Virus record (IMG/VR): IMGVR_UViG_3300032218_000499
Location: 1 to 30,763 of that record
Source: a virus
Taxonomy: Duplodnaviria; Caudoviricetes
Length of the DNA: 30,763 nt
Strand: one strand, 5' to 3'
Positions 19,601-26,636 of the stretch are shown one piece after another (the stretch's first letter is position 1; the number at the start of each line of letters is the position of its first letter). Made by a program: the position numbers and the translations under genes. The notes beneath the pieces were generated by a model. The model made no database searches. It saw nothing but the letters and a program-made list of their open reading frames with translations, and had not been told where the DNA came from.

Positions 19601-19758
19601 TACGCGCAACCAAAGAGATGTTCACCAACATGCCCGCTGCATCCATGACTTCGGCTGAAAAACGCAAAAACATTGATGAGATCAACCGGATTGAAAAGAT
19701 AATGTTAAGTGACATGCGGACGATGCGCTCTGCGATACAAAAAACGGGTCCCAAATAA
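13624..19758 (+). CDS. Large polyvalent ejection protein with zincin-like metallopeptidase and LPD38-like C-terminal domain
   Basis: 2044 aa; N-terminal VRMPDGTVISGVPD; HELGH at 16453-16467 plus downstream EWFAD; C-terminal INFNRRG, VPFFNA, RDRNWILP, NTSELGK and SPIKVDNWIRG motifs. Confidence 0.8.
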   Translation: MDVRMPDGTVISGVPDTATKEDVAARYSAYQASLQPAKEATALGEAAKSVEQMGSAYQTALGTLTSDPVAAVREGMARKEDLERKYGTTRGLNEAVAAYDTAGGGVSGALSATGETLSQVPQAVAGQAANLGAMYAGSKAGAMIGATAGTAIPVPIIGTIGGGALGGFAGAVLSQVVPFYQENLEAQLKAQEARGEKPDLNRASAAAVAVLQGSSEVAAKILTLGGALVSKIIGSKPAQQAEKALVEAAQKSLAAAAGRSLPGAVGMGSVRAIGSELPVEMAQNIMTRAQAGQSLTNEDALNDYKNTLFETVKVAGAIGSATGPLNRSAARSQMQEQGLTPAGTPINPELSPEEQAAREAEQQTVGHMRAQREEQEAAKAAQAPFIGQEKTETPEGQFGLNLEGGKRVAPSTTVQGTELPERKPGFDAYGRPKTTEEPAPAAAPLTGGEATPMTQALDTTQPVQQHRDELAALTQRLAETPDTRENKALRSQLNGRIGTLTRLIKTAEAVPVGTQGALPIVPAAEPTATEPAPVEPTPTPAPTTSALVRAAGIPASAPVAQQLKKLDLTQQADRTAAAEFIAQALANKNVKPETKAAIQAFYDQHIAQPIPDTQGGLDLGEPQPLVQVPPTVATPAAPVAPPVAPTTPTAAVTPDTAPPLIDTSVWNALGIGPTAKIRKNVDVNGKDITDPTDGAFVRQALEAYRDASKSARIKANIDKYLARFPVPAATITPPPPPPPQTPVEKRVASGQIEDWAKKAFSYNNIGTIMYADNNFALVYRQSKTGFDYEVLLKNRSRTISVNTALAIMPPSVAAGITEAHALIEARENAALAKTPDGPFTNAASNVVASASVDPRYVQYITALMQKLGMGNINLFLFQDKDLVGNKDLYNLHGPYSVIVKDPNQPDSKTSAGWTHPYGPAQDALVINIADLPSSLEDTLETLSHELGHGIEFSAFVNAPQATQDAIIDEYRQWRFRANNMTVEQLINSLRNRVGASLFLAKLSPTVLQAPIGSTTLDLNYWLGFPEWFADNVSRWASTDAKAIGVVEKFFQDVAKQLRALVAAVTGMQFAPNSAVADFLNKMGPSSPVAWQGSIAQPRVQPKTTTASEATDLTDAAEIDALDIAPSIEEVGESTIGRISQSINTPPGQILPSTWNNINQAPSQAQRTAMTQFAAVQAQGDVSWADWFRQKTVDVFAPVATKLGALFDQGVRNSFGDVNPVQFIRQAFDHARVALDVFKQGGLRMNKDGFWESYQLKDANGKEMSAQQVVKDIAALAKKNNEAYNVTKGKVATVLEGMRLSDLRKENATLETLAQGHEANGDFDLADKTREKKFLLHMRFAEIDTLEQVFQASPELQEIQRIMNASRESVVDAMVTSGRISAERGDFWKAVTNYVPFDRVNNVYEDLSLTQRPTRKGIASLGELPKLRGSLKRPVANTVDNYMNTMAWMVDQSMRNSAAVRVLNLMATPGVNMANKLPSMSQATNTHMVVPKLYENGEPVYFELHSLYDFAAFVQAPEITSGALKLLGASSRLLRTTVTATPMFAIKQVIDDAQRVMFYSGVKNPTAALATVFKHFPSAWFGAWIGKQSGLEKKLVSLGIIGDYDFNPTNPIETLEYQTGAEKRGFVRALINKLEQVTKASDMAARMAVYERTLKETGDPAVAQVRARELINFNRRGSSKAMNVLAHTVPFFNAYAQGLDLMYRGVTGKDASSGLNKRAARNFFISRMVIMTGMGFLYAAAMSDDDQYEDLTDEVRDRNWILPKSINEGLGVNFPIKISVPSELGFIFKSIPERIVSYMKAASKGEDQGVGHAVTSTLSDALKTYGTVPIPPVLKSAMENTANYSFFTHRELVPKVMQERPAYLQYTSNTSELGKAIGKTADVSPIKVDNWIRGTFGLMGASGLLVTDAMMNPARPDRSLAQIPFMSIALVNPAGSRVKDEFYEFRQKITEAVAAKNMLEKENPVKYYEFVQKNYHLLAAAPYVNQKLKMLSELRATKEMFTNMPAASMTSAEKRKNIDEINRIEKIMLSDMRTMRSAIQKTGPK

Positions 19759-19782
19759 AAAACCCCCGGCACGAGACCGGGG
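19757..19782 (-). terminator. Rho-independent terminator of the leftward arm
   Basis: The minus strand reads CCCCGG-TCTCGTG-CCGGGG-G-TTTTTT at the convergence of the two arms. Confidence 0.85.
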
Positions 19783-19820
19783 TAAACACAACTAAGGAGA
19801 TCAACATGGACATGTTGAAC
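19757..19820 (-). ncRNA. Candidate ~64-nt anti-Shine-Dalgarno small RNA
   Basis: Bounded by the promoter at 19827-19855 and the terminator; 5' hairpin UCAACAU/AUGUUGA, exposed UCUCCUU, no ORF on this strand. Confidence 0.6.
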
Positions 19821-19826
19821 GGACTC

Positions 19827-19855
19827 ATTATATCAGCACATCCGCCACACCCCAA
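19827..19855 (-). promoter_or_regulatory. Sigma70-type promoter with extended -10
   Basis: Minus strand TTGGGG-N17-TATAAT with TGn directly upstream of the -10 (TGATATAAT). Confidence 0.7.
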
Positions 19856-20072
19856 GCCCCCATTGCCCGTTACGTTCGCCTACTACGATATGCAGCTTGA
19901 TACGGCGCTTGCGGGCACTGTGCACTAGCATCTCGGTTATGCGGTCGGTAGCCACACATGGTATGAACACATTTGCCCCAACCGAAAAAGCCGCCCAATC
20001 AAACGTATAGGTGACTCCTTCTGCGTCAAGGATGCAAACCGTAGGAAGTTTAGGCTTTGGGTTTCGTCTCAT
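19833..20072 (-). CDS. Hypothetical phage protein
   Basis: Overlaps the primase 3' end; FDWAAFSVGANVFIPC...GLGVWR resembles a small protein often found after phage primase genes (from recall, not searched). Confidence 0.6.
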   Translation of the reverse strand: MRRNPKPKLPTVCILDAEGVTYTFDWAAFSVGANVFIPCVATDRITEMLVHSARKRRIKLHIVVGERNGQWGLGVWRMC

Positions 20073-22884
20073 CTAGTACAGCTTCCATATCAAACACACG
20101 GCTGTATGGGTCATGAATAGCAAGCACGTTAGCCGGTGGGGTACTAAGCAACGTGCCCTTAGCCATGCGCTTCTTGGCAAGCTTGATGTCAAGACCGCTC
20201 GCCAACAGATTGTTAATCAGTTCGTTATAGCCCACCTGACGCTTGGCGCACCATGCCTTAAACGGGGGTGATGAAAGGTAGATTGTCTGGGTGTTAGGCT
20301 CGTAGCGGATCAGCAACTCGCCTCTGGGTTCACGTGTAGCAATTGGTTTGTAGGTTGTATCGCTATCATCAATGATAAGCACGTTGTTGATGTTCTGGTT
20401 GATGTACGCTGCCAAACTGTCTGACCCATCTACCGAACCCTTGGTTGACTCTACGGCATTGGCTAAGAACGTGGACGCCCAACGGCTCACGCGCTCCACG
20501 TTGATGTTATGCAAACCTAGGGTGGCTGCAATCGTGCCGCCTGCAAGAGCAATAGAAGCCATATTCGACCATATACGCTCACGCTGATTAAGCCGTGCAT
20601 TGCGATCAGTCTGCGTTTGAATGTCGGTAAGAATCCGCTTGGACTCATCAAGGTTATTGACCACATAACCCATAAACAACTCACCAGCAATACCGTAGTT
20701 AGTGTGCAATTTAGCAAACAACGCATCGGTATGCGCTTTCGTGAACTGCATGATGCGCTGCACGGGTACTTCCATCACGCGCATTAACTCACCCTCAGGA
20801 AAGTCTTTCTCAGCCGACAGCTTATCAATCAGACTGCTGTTCGATGATGCCAGTGTGGGGGCTTGCCACGTTGTGTTGTTCACGCGCTCAGCGTTCGTAC
20901 TGGCTTGCAAGCGGTTCTTGCCACGTGCGGCGGTAGCTGCGTACACCATGTTCGACATCTCAATGGGCGACAGGTTAGTAATCTCATCAATGGTAATGGG
21001 CAAATGTTGCAGTACGCCCATGCGGTGTATGCGGGCGTTATACGTGTCGTCTTTTTGCAAAAGCAAATCAACCGGATGACCCCAAATACTGTTAGCCACC
21101 ATGAGTGCCGTAGACTTACCAACGCCTGATTGATTGCTCATTAGGTTATAAATGCCGCCACGGTACTGCGTGAAGTGCATGAGCGGTGCACCAAAGCTCA
21201 GAAATGCAGCAAAGGCAAACGGCTCTAGACCGGGGGTGTCGTAGAAGTTCACGACCTTTAACCACTCTTCAATGGTTCCCTTCTTCTGCAACATACTGTT
21301 GACCCGCAGGGTAGCCGCAGAGGGCGGGCTGTAGCGGCTTACCTCAGTCGCAGTCGTTGCCATCGCGGTGGGTATAACTTCCCGATCACCAATTAAGAAT
21401 GTGCCTTCCGGCGTCCAACCCATTTGGGTTCTCATATTTTCTGTACGTTCGCGCATTTGTAACCTCTTAGTAGTTTTTTGAATGTATGTCATTAACGAAT
21501 TAAAACTTTCACCACTAGCCATAATGCCGTATTCCGCAATGGCATCACGAAACTTATCTTTTGCAACCACCACAGGCAACGGCAAACTAAACTCTCGTAC
21601 ACCGTCATGGGGCAGCTTTAAACGCAATAAGATTGACTCACCTAACACGGGGTCTTGCATACGCTTGACCACATAAAAATCATGCTCATATATGCAGGCT
21701 TCAGCGCGGCTTTCACCCTCACCTGTTTCAACGTACACGCCGCCATGCTTGCCACGAAAAAAAGGAAACGGAAACGGCTCAATGACTTCTTGTACAGTTT
21801 CTTTAGTGCGGGGGTTAACAACCTTAACCACATTATCGTCATCTGTCGCACGCTGTATCTCGCGCCCAAGCACCACAGGCGTTGTGATGTTGCCGCGCTG
21901 TGCGCAGCCCTTACACCCATCGGGGTTCAGCCCCTCAAACGTCTTGCAGTATTGTGGTCCTTCGGTCTTGTTAGCCTTGTCTTCAGTCGCCGTGTGCGAG
22001 TAGGCGGGGTGCTGATTAGACATTGCATGGATGGCTTCATCGCGGTCAACGCAGACCTGCGCAATAGATAGCCCCGCACGCCATAACGGTTCGCTGATCT
22101 GCGCTTGGTTGTTGCAGATGTGTTGTAGCTGTGCGCAAGTTTCTGTGCGCACCAGAATATTTTTGAATCGTGTGACGTTGTTTTTGATGAACGCTTTGGT
22201 CACATCATCCATTGCGTACTTAATGTTCTTAGGTACTGCAAACGGCAATACGTTATCCGGTACGTCCGCCTCACCCGCCCCTAGTTTCTCAGCAAATGCC
22301 AGTAGCTTAATCGGGGTCTTGCGGGATTTCAACAACTCAACAGGCTTGGGGTTCTTTGGATCGCGGTAATTAAACGTGCCCGGAATACGCAGTATGCGTG
22401 CGGAGTCAGATGTACACGATGGGTCTGCACGCAGCCCATGCTCCACGCACAACGCCTTCAGACGCTTGGCAATCGGCAACCATACCTCAGGGGCAATCTC
22501 TTTTTCTAACGGCCAATACAGATGCAAGCCATTACCTGAACTCACCACCACAGGGTGCGGTAGTCCCGTAGTCTTGATAAACGCCATCACCGCACTGGCG
22601 GCTTCGGCTTGCGTGGGATACCCGCTGCCATCATCCTTGTTGCTATCAACGTCTAACCAAAACGATTTTATCTTTGCTACGTTTGATTGCTTACGCTCTG
22701 CCCCATCATTAAAAGATGCGCAAGCGAAGTACTGATTAACAGGTGCATCAATCGCGCTACTCGCAAGTTCAAAGTCTGCGATAGCCGGTAAAAATAGATG
22801 CTCAACCTTCTTGCCCAATATAGCTGCGAGACAATATGTTCCTGATTCAGGAAGCACAAAGCGCAGAAATTCAATAGGTGTCAT
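20050..22884 (-). CDS. DNA primase-helicase (AEP/RepB-like primase + DUF927 + P-loop ATPase)
   Basis: WLDVD, SSGNGLHLYW and DSARILRIPGT primase motifs; Cys cluster (C..C..C); QMGW; Walker A QSGVGKST; Walker B ITIDE. Confidence 0.88.
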   Translation of the reverse strand: MTPIEFLRFVLPESGTYCLAAILGKKVEHLFLPAIADFELASSAIDAPVNQYFACASFNDGAERKQSNVAKIKSFWLDVDSNKDDGSGYPTQAEAASAVMAFIKTTGLPHPVVVSSGNGLHLYWPLEKEIAPEVWLPIAKRLKALCVEHGLRADPSCTSDSARILRIPGTFNYRDPKNPKPVELLKSRKTPIKLLAFAEKLGAGEADVPDNVLPFAVPKNIKYAMDDVTKAFIKNNVTRFKNILVRTETCAQLQHICNNQAQISEPLWRAGLSIAQVCVDRDEAIHAMSNQHPAYSHTATEDKANKTEGPQYCKTFEGLNPDGCKGCAQRGNITTPVVLGREIQRATDDDNVVKVVNPRTKETVQEVIEPFPFPFFRGKHGGVYVETGEGESRAEACIYEHDFYVVKRMQDPVLGESILLRLKLPHDGVREFSLPLPVVVAKDKFRDAIAEYGIMASGESFNSLMTYIQKTTKRLQMRERTENMRTQMGWTPEGTFLIGDREVIPTAMATTATEVSRYSPPSAATLRVNSMLQKKGTIEEWLKVVNFYDTPGLEPFAFAAFLSFGAPLMHFTQYRGGIYNLMSNQSGVGKSTALMVANSIWGHPVDLLLQKDDTYNARIHRMGVLQHLPITIDEITNLSPIEMSNMVYAATAARGKNRLQASTNAERVNNTTWQAPTLASSNSSLIDKLSAEKDFPEGELMRVMEVPVQRIMQFTKAHTDALFAKLHTNYGIAGELFMGYVVNNLDESKRILTDIQTQTDRNARLNQRERIWSNMASIALAGGTIAATLGLHNINVERVSRWASTFLANAVESTKGSVDGSDSLAAYINQNINNVLIIDDSDTTYKPIATREPRGELLIRYEPNTQTIYLSSPPFKAWCAKRQVGYNELINNLLASGLDIKLAKKRMAKGTLLSTPPANVLAIHDPYSRVFDMEAVLDETKPKA

Positions 22885-22923
22885 ATAGTGCTTCTTCTTA
22901 TACGATGACAGACCCGCGAGGGG

Positions 22924-23142
22924 CTATTTGCCTAGCAATTTTTCCAATCGCTTTAGCTTATCGGGGGCGGGTGCATACTGCCCTGTAAACCAATCGTATA
23001 CGCACGTGCGTGACACACCTAACGCGTCTGCAACTTCTGTGACGCTTATATCTTTCTGCACCGCTAACATGCCCAATGCACCGCCAACGGTTTTCTTTGC
23101 AGCCTTAATACGTTCTGCTAATGTAATTGAATATCCACTCAT
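22924..23142 (-). CDS. XRE/Cro-family HTH transcriptional regulator
   Basis: SVTEVADALGVSRTCVYDWFTG HTH. Start reassigned to ATG 23142, which follows GGAG at 23149-23152. Confidence 0.85.
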   Translation of the reverse strand: MSGYSITLAERIKAAKKTVGGALGMLAVQKDISVTEVADALGVSRTCVYDWFTGQYAPAPDKLKRLEKLLGK

Positions 23143-23166
23143 GCCTATCTCCAAAGTTGTAAAGGT

Positions 23167-23311
23167 GGGGGCGGCGGGTATTTAACCCCCGCTTAACCAC
23201 GGTGAATGGTCATGGTCTCCATCTGCTTGTCCCCTGCTTCGACTAGGATTCCGAGCAAGGAAGTAGCGGCCTATCCGCAACCATCGCGTATCAATCTACG
23301 CATTCGCCCCC
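23167..23311 (-). ncRNA. Candidate multi-stem structured RNA
   Basis: A GGGGGCG/CGCCCCC closing stem encloses five hairpins; G-U pairs favour the minus strand. Confidence 0.55.
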
Positions 23312-23318
23312 GTAAAAC

Positions 23319-24260
23319 TTACTCGTCGTCGTCAGCCCACTGATCTAGCACTGACTTAACATCGGCGGGTTTACCTTTACCACCACGCACCTTGGGTTCG
23401 GCATCGGCTTCTTCTGCGGGAGCCGCAGGTGCAGGCGTAGCCTTAGCTGCTTTTGCAGGGGCTTTGGCTTGCTTTGCAGCGGCAGCTTTAGCTACAGCTT
23501 CGGAGGCTGCATCGGTTTCAAACGGCTCATCGTCTTCTGCCTTGTCTGCCTTAGGCGTAAACGACATCGTGATTGCAGCCATCGCTTCAGAGCTATCAGC
23601 CCGCTCCGTTACGGTCGTGTACTCATCTTGCTCAAGCGGGCGGATAGGCTTGAACGTGAGCTTCGGTGTTGCCGAATTTGTGTCGAACCGCATCTCAGTC
23701 ACAACAGCCGTGACAGGTAAGTTATGCCCTGCGAGGAATCGGACATACGCTTCAAGTGGCAGCTTGCCTTTCTCGCCTTTACCAAAAATAGACTGCGCAG
23801 GTAACGCTATCTGCAACACATCACCTGAAATGTCATTGTCAAGCACCACCGCAAGCCTACGTGTATAGCGACACGCACGCCCTTCACCCTGACCAGAGCC
23901 TTTGATGTTCTGTGGGCATGTCACGCACTTGGGGCTTTGTGGGTTACGCACGATGGCATCAGGTGTCTCGTTGTTCGATGACCAGCAATCAGGCGCGGAG
24001 TTCTCGCCCTCTTTGTACGTACCTGCATAGAACGTGCGATGCACGCTTGCGGCACTCTTAACAATCACAACATTCATAGCGCGGTCATCGCTCTGCATAA
24101 CTTCTTCGCCGTTTACGATCTTGCGAAACACACCACCACGAATTGAAATGCGTGATACTGCGTCACCACCACCCATCAAGCTGCGAGTGGTTTCGTCCAT
24201 AGTGATACCCTTGAGGTATGCGGGTAGTTTTGCGGTGTTGAATAGAGTGAGTTCACTCAT
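23319..24260 (-). CDS. Putative ssDNA-binding / annealing protein
   Basis: RISIRGGVFR, APDCWS, C..CPQN..GSG...RACR motifs; Ala/Lys/Pro linker and acidic tail QWADDDE; located in the replication module. Confidence 0.6.
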   Translation of the reverse strand: MSELTLFNTAKLPAYLKGITMDETTRSLMGGGDAVSRISIRGGVFRKIVNGEEVMQSDDRAMNVVIVKSAASVHRTFYAGTYKEGENSAPDCWSSNNETPDAIVRNPQSPKCVTCPQNIKGSGQGEGRACRYTRRLAVVLDNDISGDVLQIALPAQSIFGKGEKGKLPLEAYVRFLAGHNLPVTAVVTEMRFDTNSATPKLTFKPIRPLEQDEYTTVTERADSSEAMAAITMSFTPKADKAEDDEPFETDAASEAVAKAAAAKQAKAPAKAAKATPAPAAPAEEADAEPKVRGGKGKPADVKSVLDQWADDDE

Positions 24261-24477
24261 GTGTATCTCCGATTGGTTGGGGGTTAGATTCTACAAGCTT
24301 GTCTTCAGAAATGCCAAAGTACTTGCGGATGTCACTTAAAAAGAAACGGTAATGCTTACCTACACGCATTGAAGGTAGCGGGTTGTCTGCCCGCTTAGCT
24401 AAATTTACAACTGTAGTTTTACTGATGTTCAATGCACGTGCGACCTGCGTGGTTGTCATGGGGCGCTCTAGCATCAC
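24253..24477 (-). CDS. Excisionase-like (HTH_17/MerR-like) DNA-binding protein
   Basis: MTTTQVARALNISKTTVVNL...LPSMRVGKHYRF winged-HTH pattern. Confidence 0.8.
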   Translation of the reverse strand: MMLERPMTTTQVARALNISKTTVVNLAKRADNPLPSMRVGKHYRFFLSDIRKYFGISEDKLVESNPQPIGDTHE

Positions 24478-24869
24478 TTGCGACTCCGTGTGACTGTTAT
24501 GGCGTACTGACTTGTGACATTCAAGCCGGGCGGCATAAGCTCTGGGTTGCTCTCAATAAACTCTTTCATCGCACGCTGTGCAACACGGCGCTCTAGCAGG
24601 TCAGGTGCGCTATGCTCTAACACAAACTTGTGCATAGCTTCCCAATCCGTTGCATCGTAGCGGGTCTTGACAGAACGTGATACTGTACCGAACTGAGTCT
24701 TTAATCCATCCGTGCCGGTAGTCTTGCACAGTTCTAGCAACTCAGATTCAATAGCTGCCATCTGCTCTTTCACACTAGCGTCTTCGTCTTCGTACTGCGC
24801 TTTTATTGCCGAACGGTGGTCACGCATTTTTATATATGCGTTAACCATTTTGTCTACGGTTATGTCCAT
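24474..24869 (-). CDS. Hypothetical phage replication-module protein
   Basis: AGGAG SD; N-terminal coiled coil, KTQFGTV, DWEAMHKFV, LLERRV and PPGLNV motifs. Confidence 0.7.
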   Translation of the reverse strand: MDITVDKMVNAYIKMRDHRSAIKAQYEDEDASVKEQMAAIESELLELCKTTGTDGLKTQFGTVSRSVKTRYDATDWEAMHKFVLEHSAPDLLERRVAQRAMKEFIESNPELMPPGLNVTSQYAITVTRSRK

Positions 24870-24890
24870 GTATTACTCCTGTGAATATCT

Positions 24891-24919
24891 ATTATAATGC
24901 TTTATATTTACATTGTAAA
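24891..24919 (-). promoter_or_regulatory. Sigma70-type promoter with palindrome over the -35
   Basis: Minus strand TTTACA-N17-TATAAT in an AT-rich gap; inverted repeat TTTACA-T-TGTAAA at 24907-24919. Confidence 0.8.
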
Positions 24920-24922
24920 GTA

Positions 24923-26476
24923 TTAAATGTTGATGACCTCCTCGTACAACGCAAGCAAGCTTACGTTAGTATCTTCGCAATTATCAAGTGCCTTGTACCG
25001 CTTTTCTTCTACGGGACTACCCTGTAACTTCACAACCAAACATTTATTCTTTTGCCCTGCGCGATGGATACGGGCGTTGGCTTGCGCGTAGGTTTCATAG
25101 GACATGATCGGTCCCCACCACACAATCGTGTTAGCGGCATGTAGGGTAATCCCGTGGGAAGCAGCTTGCGGTTGGATGACTAACACTTTAGGGTTAGCTT
25201 GTTCTTGAAACGTCTTGATAACTGCTGCGCGTTTGGTCGGGGTAACGCCGCCGTGTATGGTGTCAACGGTGTAACCGTCAGCGGCCAGTTTCTCTAGCAG
25301 AAGCTCTATGGTGTGCGTGTATGGCACGAACACTAACACCTTATGGGGCGTGTCATCAATTACTTCCCGCAGCACATCGTAGCGGGGGCGTATGTCGAGT
25401 TCTATGGTCTGGTGGTCATCGGTGTACACCGCGCCACACGAAATCTGTAGCAGCTTGTTAAGCCCTGCTGCTGCATTGACCGCTGAGATAATCTCACCCG
25501 CTGCAATAACCGCTAAGTTTTTGCGCAATTCGTCATAGAGCTTTTTCTGTTGGCGAGTCAACGGCACTTCGCGAGTCGTGTAAATAATGTCCGGCAAGTC
25601 TAGGCACTGCTCTTTGGTGAACCGGATTGCGGGTTGCAGCAAATTGTTGACCGTAGTGATCGCAGAAGGCTTGGGTATCCATTTAAAGTTTGTGATCTTA
25701 GACATTACAGAGTCACGGAACATGCCAAACGACCTAGGCGCGGTGCTTGGGTGCATCATCTTCACTAAGCCAAACGCATCAAGCGGTGACTGCGAGGCAG
25801 GTGTGCCCGTCATCATCCATACCCAAGTGTCGGGTCGAATCAGTTTATTGATTTGCTTCCACCGTTCAGTCGTAGCGGTCTTCACAGCGTTGGCTTCATC
25901 AATGATGATAAGGTCGAAATCGCATGCCATGAGTTCTTTTTGGATAACCGCAACGCCATCAAAGTTAATGATGACAAACTCTGTGTTGGCTTGCAGAATC
26001 TTTTTGCGCTTGTCTTTGTTGCCATGCGCAATAGACACGGTACGGTGCATGACGCACAAGAACAAGTCACTCACCCACGTAGCCTGCATCACCGACACGG
26101 GGCAGATCACCAGTACACGCTTGACGCGCCCTATGTTCATCAGGTAATCCGCTGCCCAGATAGCGGAGGCGGTCTTGGCTGTGCCTTGCTCGTTAAAGCA
26201 AAAGGCTCTGCGATTGAGAGTGAGAAATGCTGCGGTTTGCTTCTGATGCGCAAAGGGTGGGCGCGTGCCTGTCCACTTGTACTTGGCAATGATAGGTGAC
26301 GGTACGTTGCGGATGTTCAGGTTCTTTAGCACCTGTGCGGTGTCTATATCCCAATGCACTAGCACTTCGTACAACCCATCAACCTCATCAACGATGGCAC
26401 TCTTTGGTATGACGTTCAGCACCCTAGCGGGGTTACGCAGGCGCAGTTTCAACGCCCGATTTTCAATGACTTCCAT
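24923..26476 (-). CDS. SNF2-like superfamily 2 helicase
   Basis: FAHQ, EQGTAKT, IIIDEA, MTGTP, HGITL and QANARIHRAGQ motifs. Start reassigned to ATG 26476, which follows GGAG. Confidence 0.9.
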   Translation of the reverse strand: MEVIENRALKLRLRNPARVLNVIPKSAIVDEVDGLYEVLVHWDIDTAQVLKNLNIRNVPSPIIAKYKWTGTRPPFAHQKQTAAFLTLNRRAFCFNEQGTAKTASAIWAADYLMNIGRVKRVLVICPVSVMQATWVSDLFLCVMHRTVSIAHGNKDKRKKILQANTEFVIINFDGVAVIQKELMACDFDLIIIDEANAVKTATTERWKQINKLIRPDTWVWMMTGTPASQSPLDAFGLVKMMHPSTAPRSFGMFRDSVMSKITNFKWIPKPSAITTVNNLLQPAIRFTKEQCLDLPDIIYTTREVPLTRQQKKLYDELRKNLAVIAAGEIISAVNAAAGLNKLLQISCGAVYTDDHQTIELDIRPRYDVLREVIDDTPHKVLVFVPYTHTIELLLEKLAADGYTVDTIHGGVTPTKRAAVIKTFQEQANPKVLVIQPQAASHGITLHAANTIVWWGPIMSYETYAQANARIHRAGQKNKCLVVKLQGSPVEEKRYKALDNCEDTNVSLLALYEEVINI

Positions 26477-26483
26477 ACGGCTC

Positions 26484-26612
26484 CGATACGAAATCAGCCG
26501 TACACGCAATGTGTACAGCTTTAAATTAGCAACCGTCTTTCCGGCGTGTCACGATTTCAGTATATTTCCCGTATCGTTCGGGTTGTTGGAGTAACACTAC
26601 GTGCTAGGCACG
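26484..26612 (-). promoter_or_regulatory. Structured leader upstream of the helicase
   Basis: 10-bp hairpin at 26496-26520, GAAATC/GATTTC enclosing stem, GCCG-GAAAGA-CGGT hairpin, and CGATACG/CGTATCG pairing next to the SD. Confidence 0.5.
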
Positions 26613-26636
26613 AGGCCATATACAAGAACCCAATAC

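Noticed and set aside
19806-19928. 40-codon + strand ORF behind a strong TAAGGAG SD
   Set aside because: It is antisense to the 79-aa gene and its ATG lies in a hairpin. The opposite strand has a promoter and terminator that explain the sequence better. Not fully excluded.
23167-23311. tRNA gene
   Set aside because: Too long, five inner arms, and no properly placed T-loop or CCA end.
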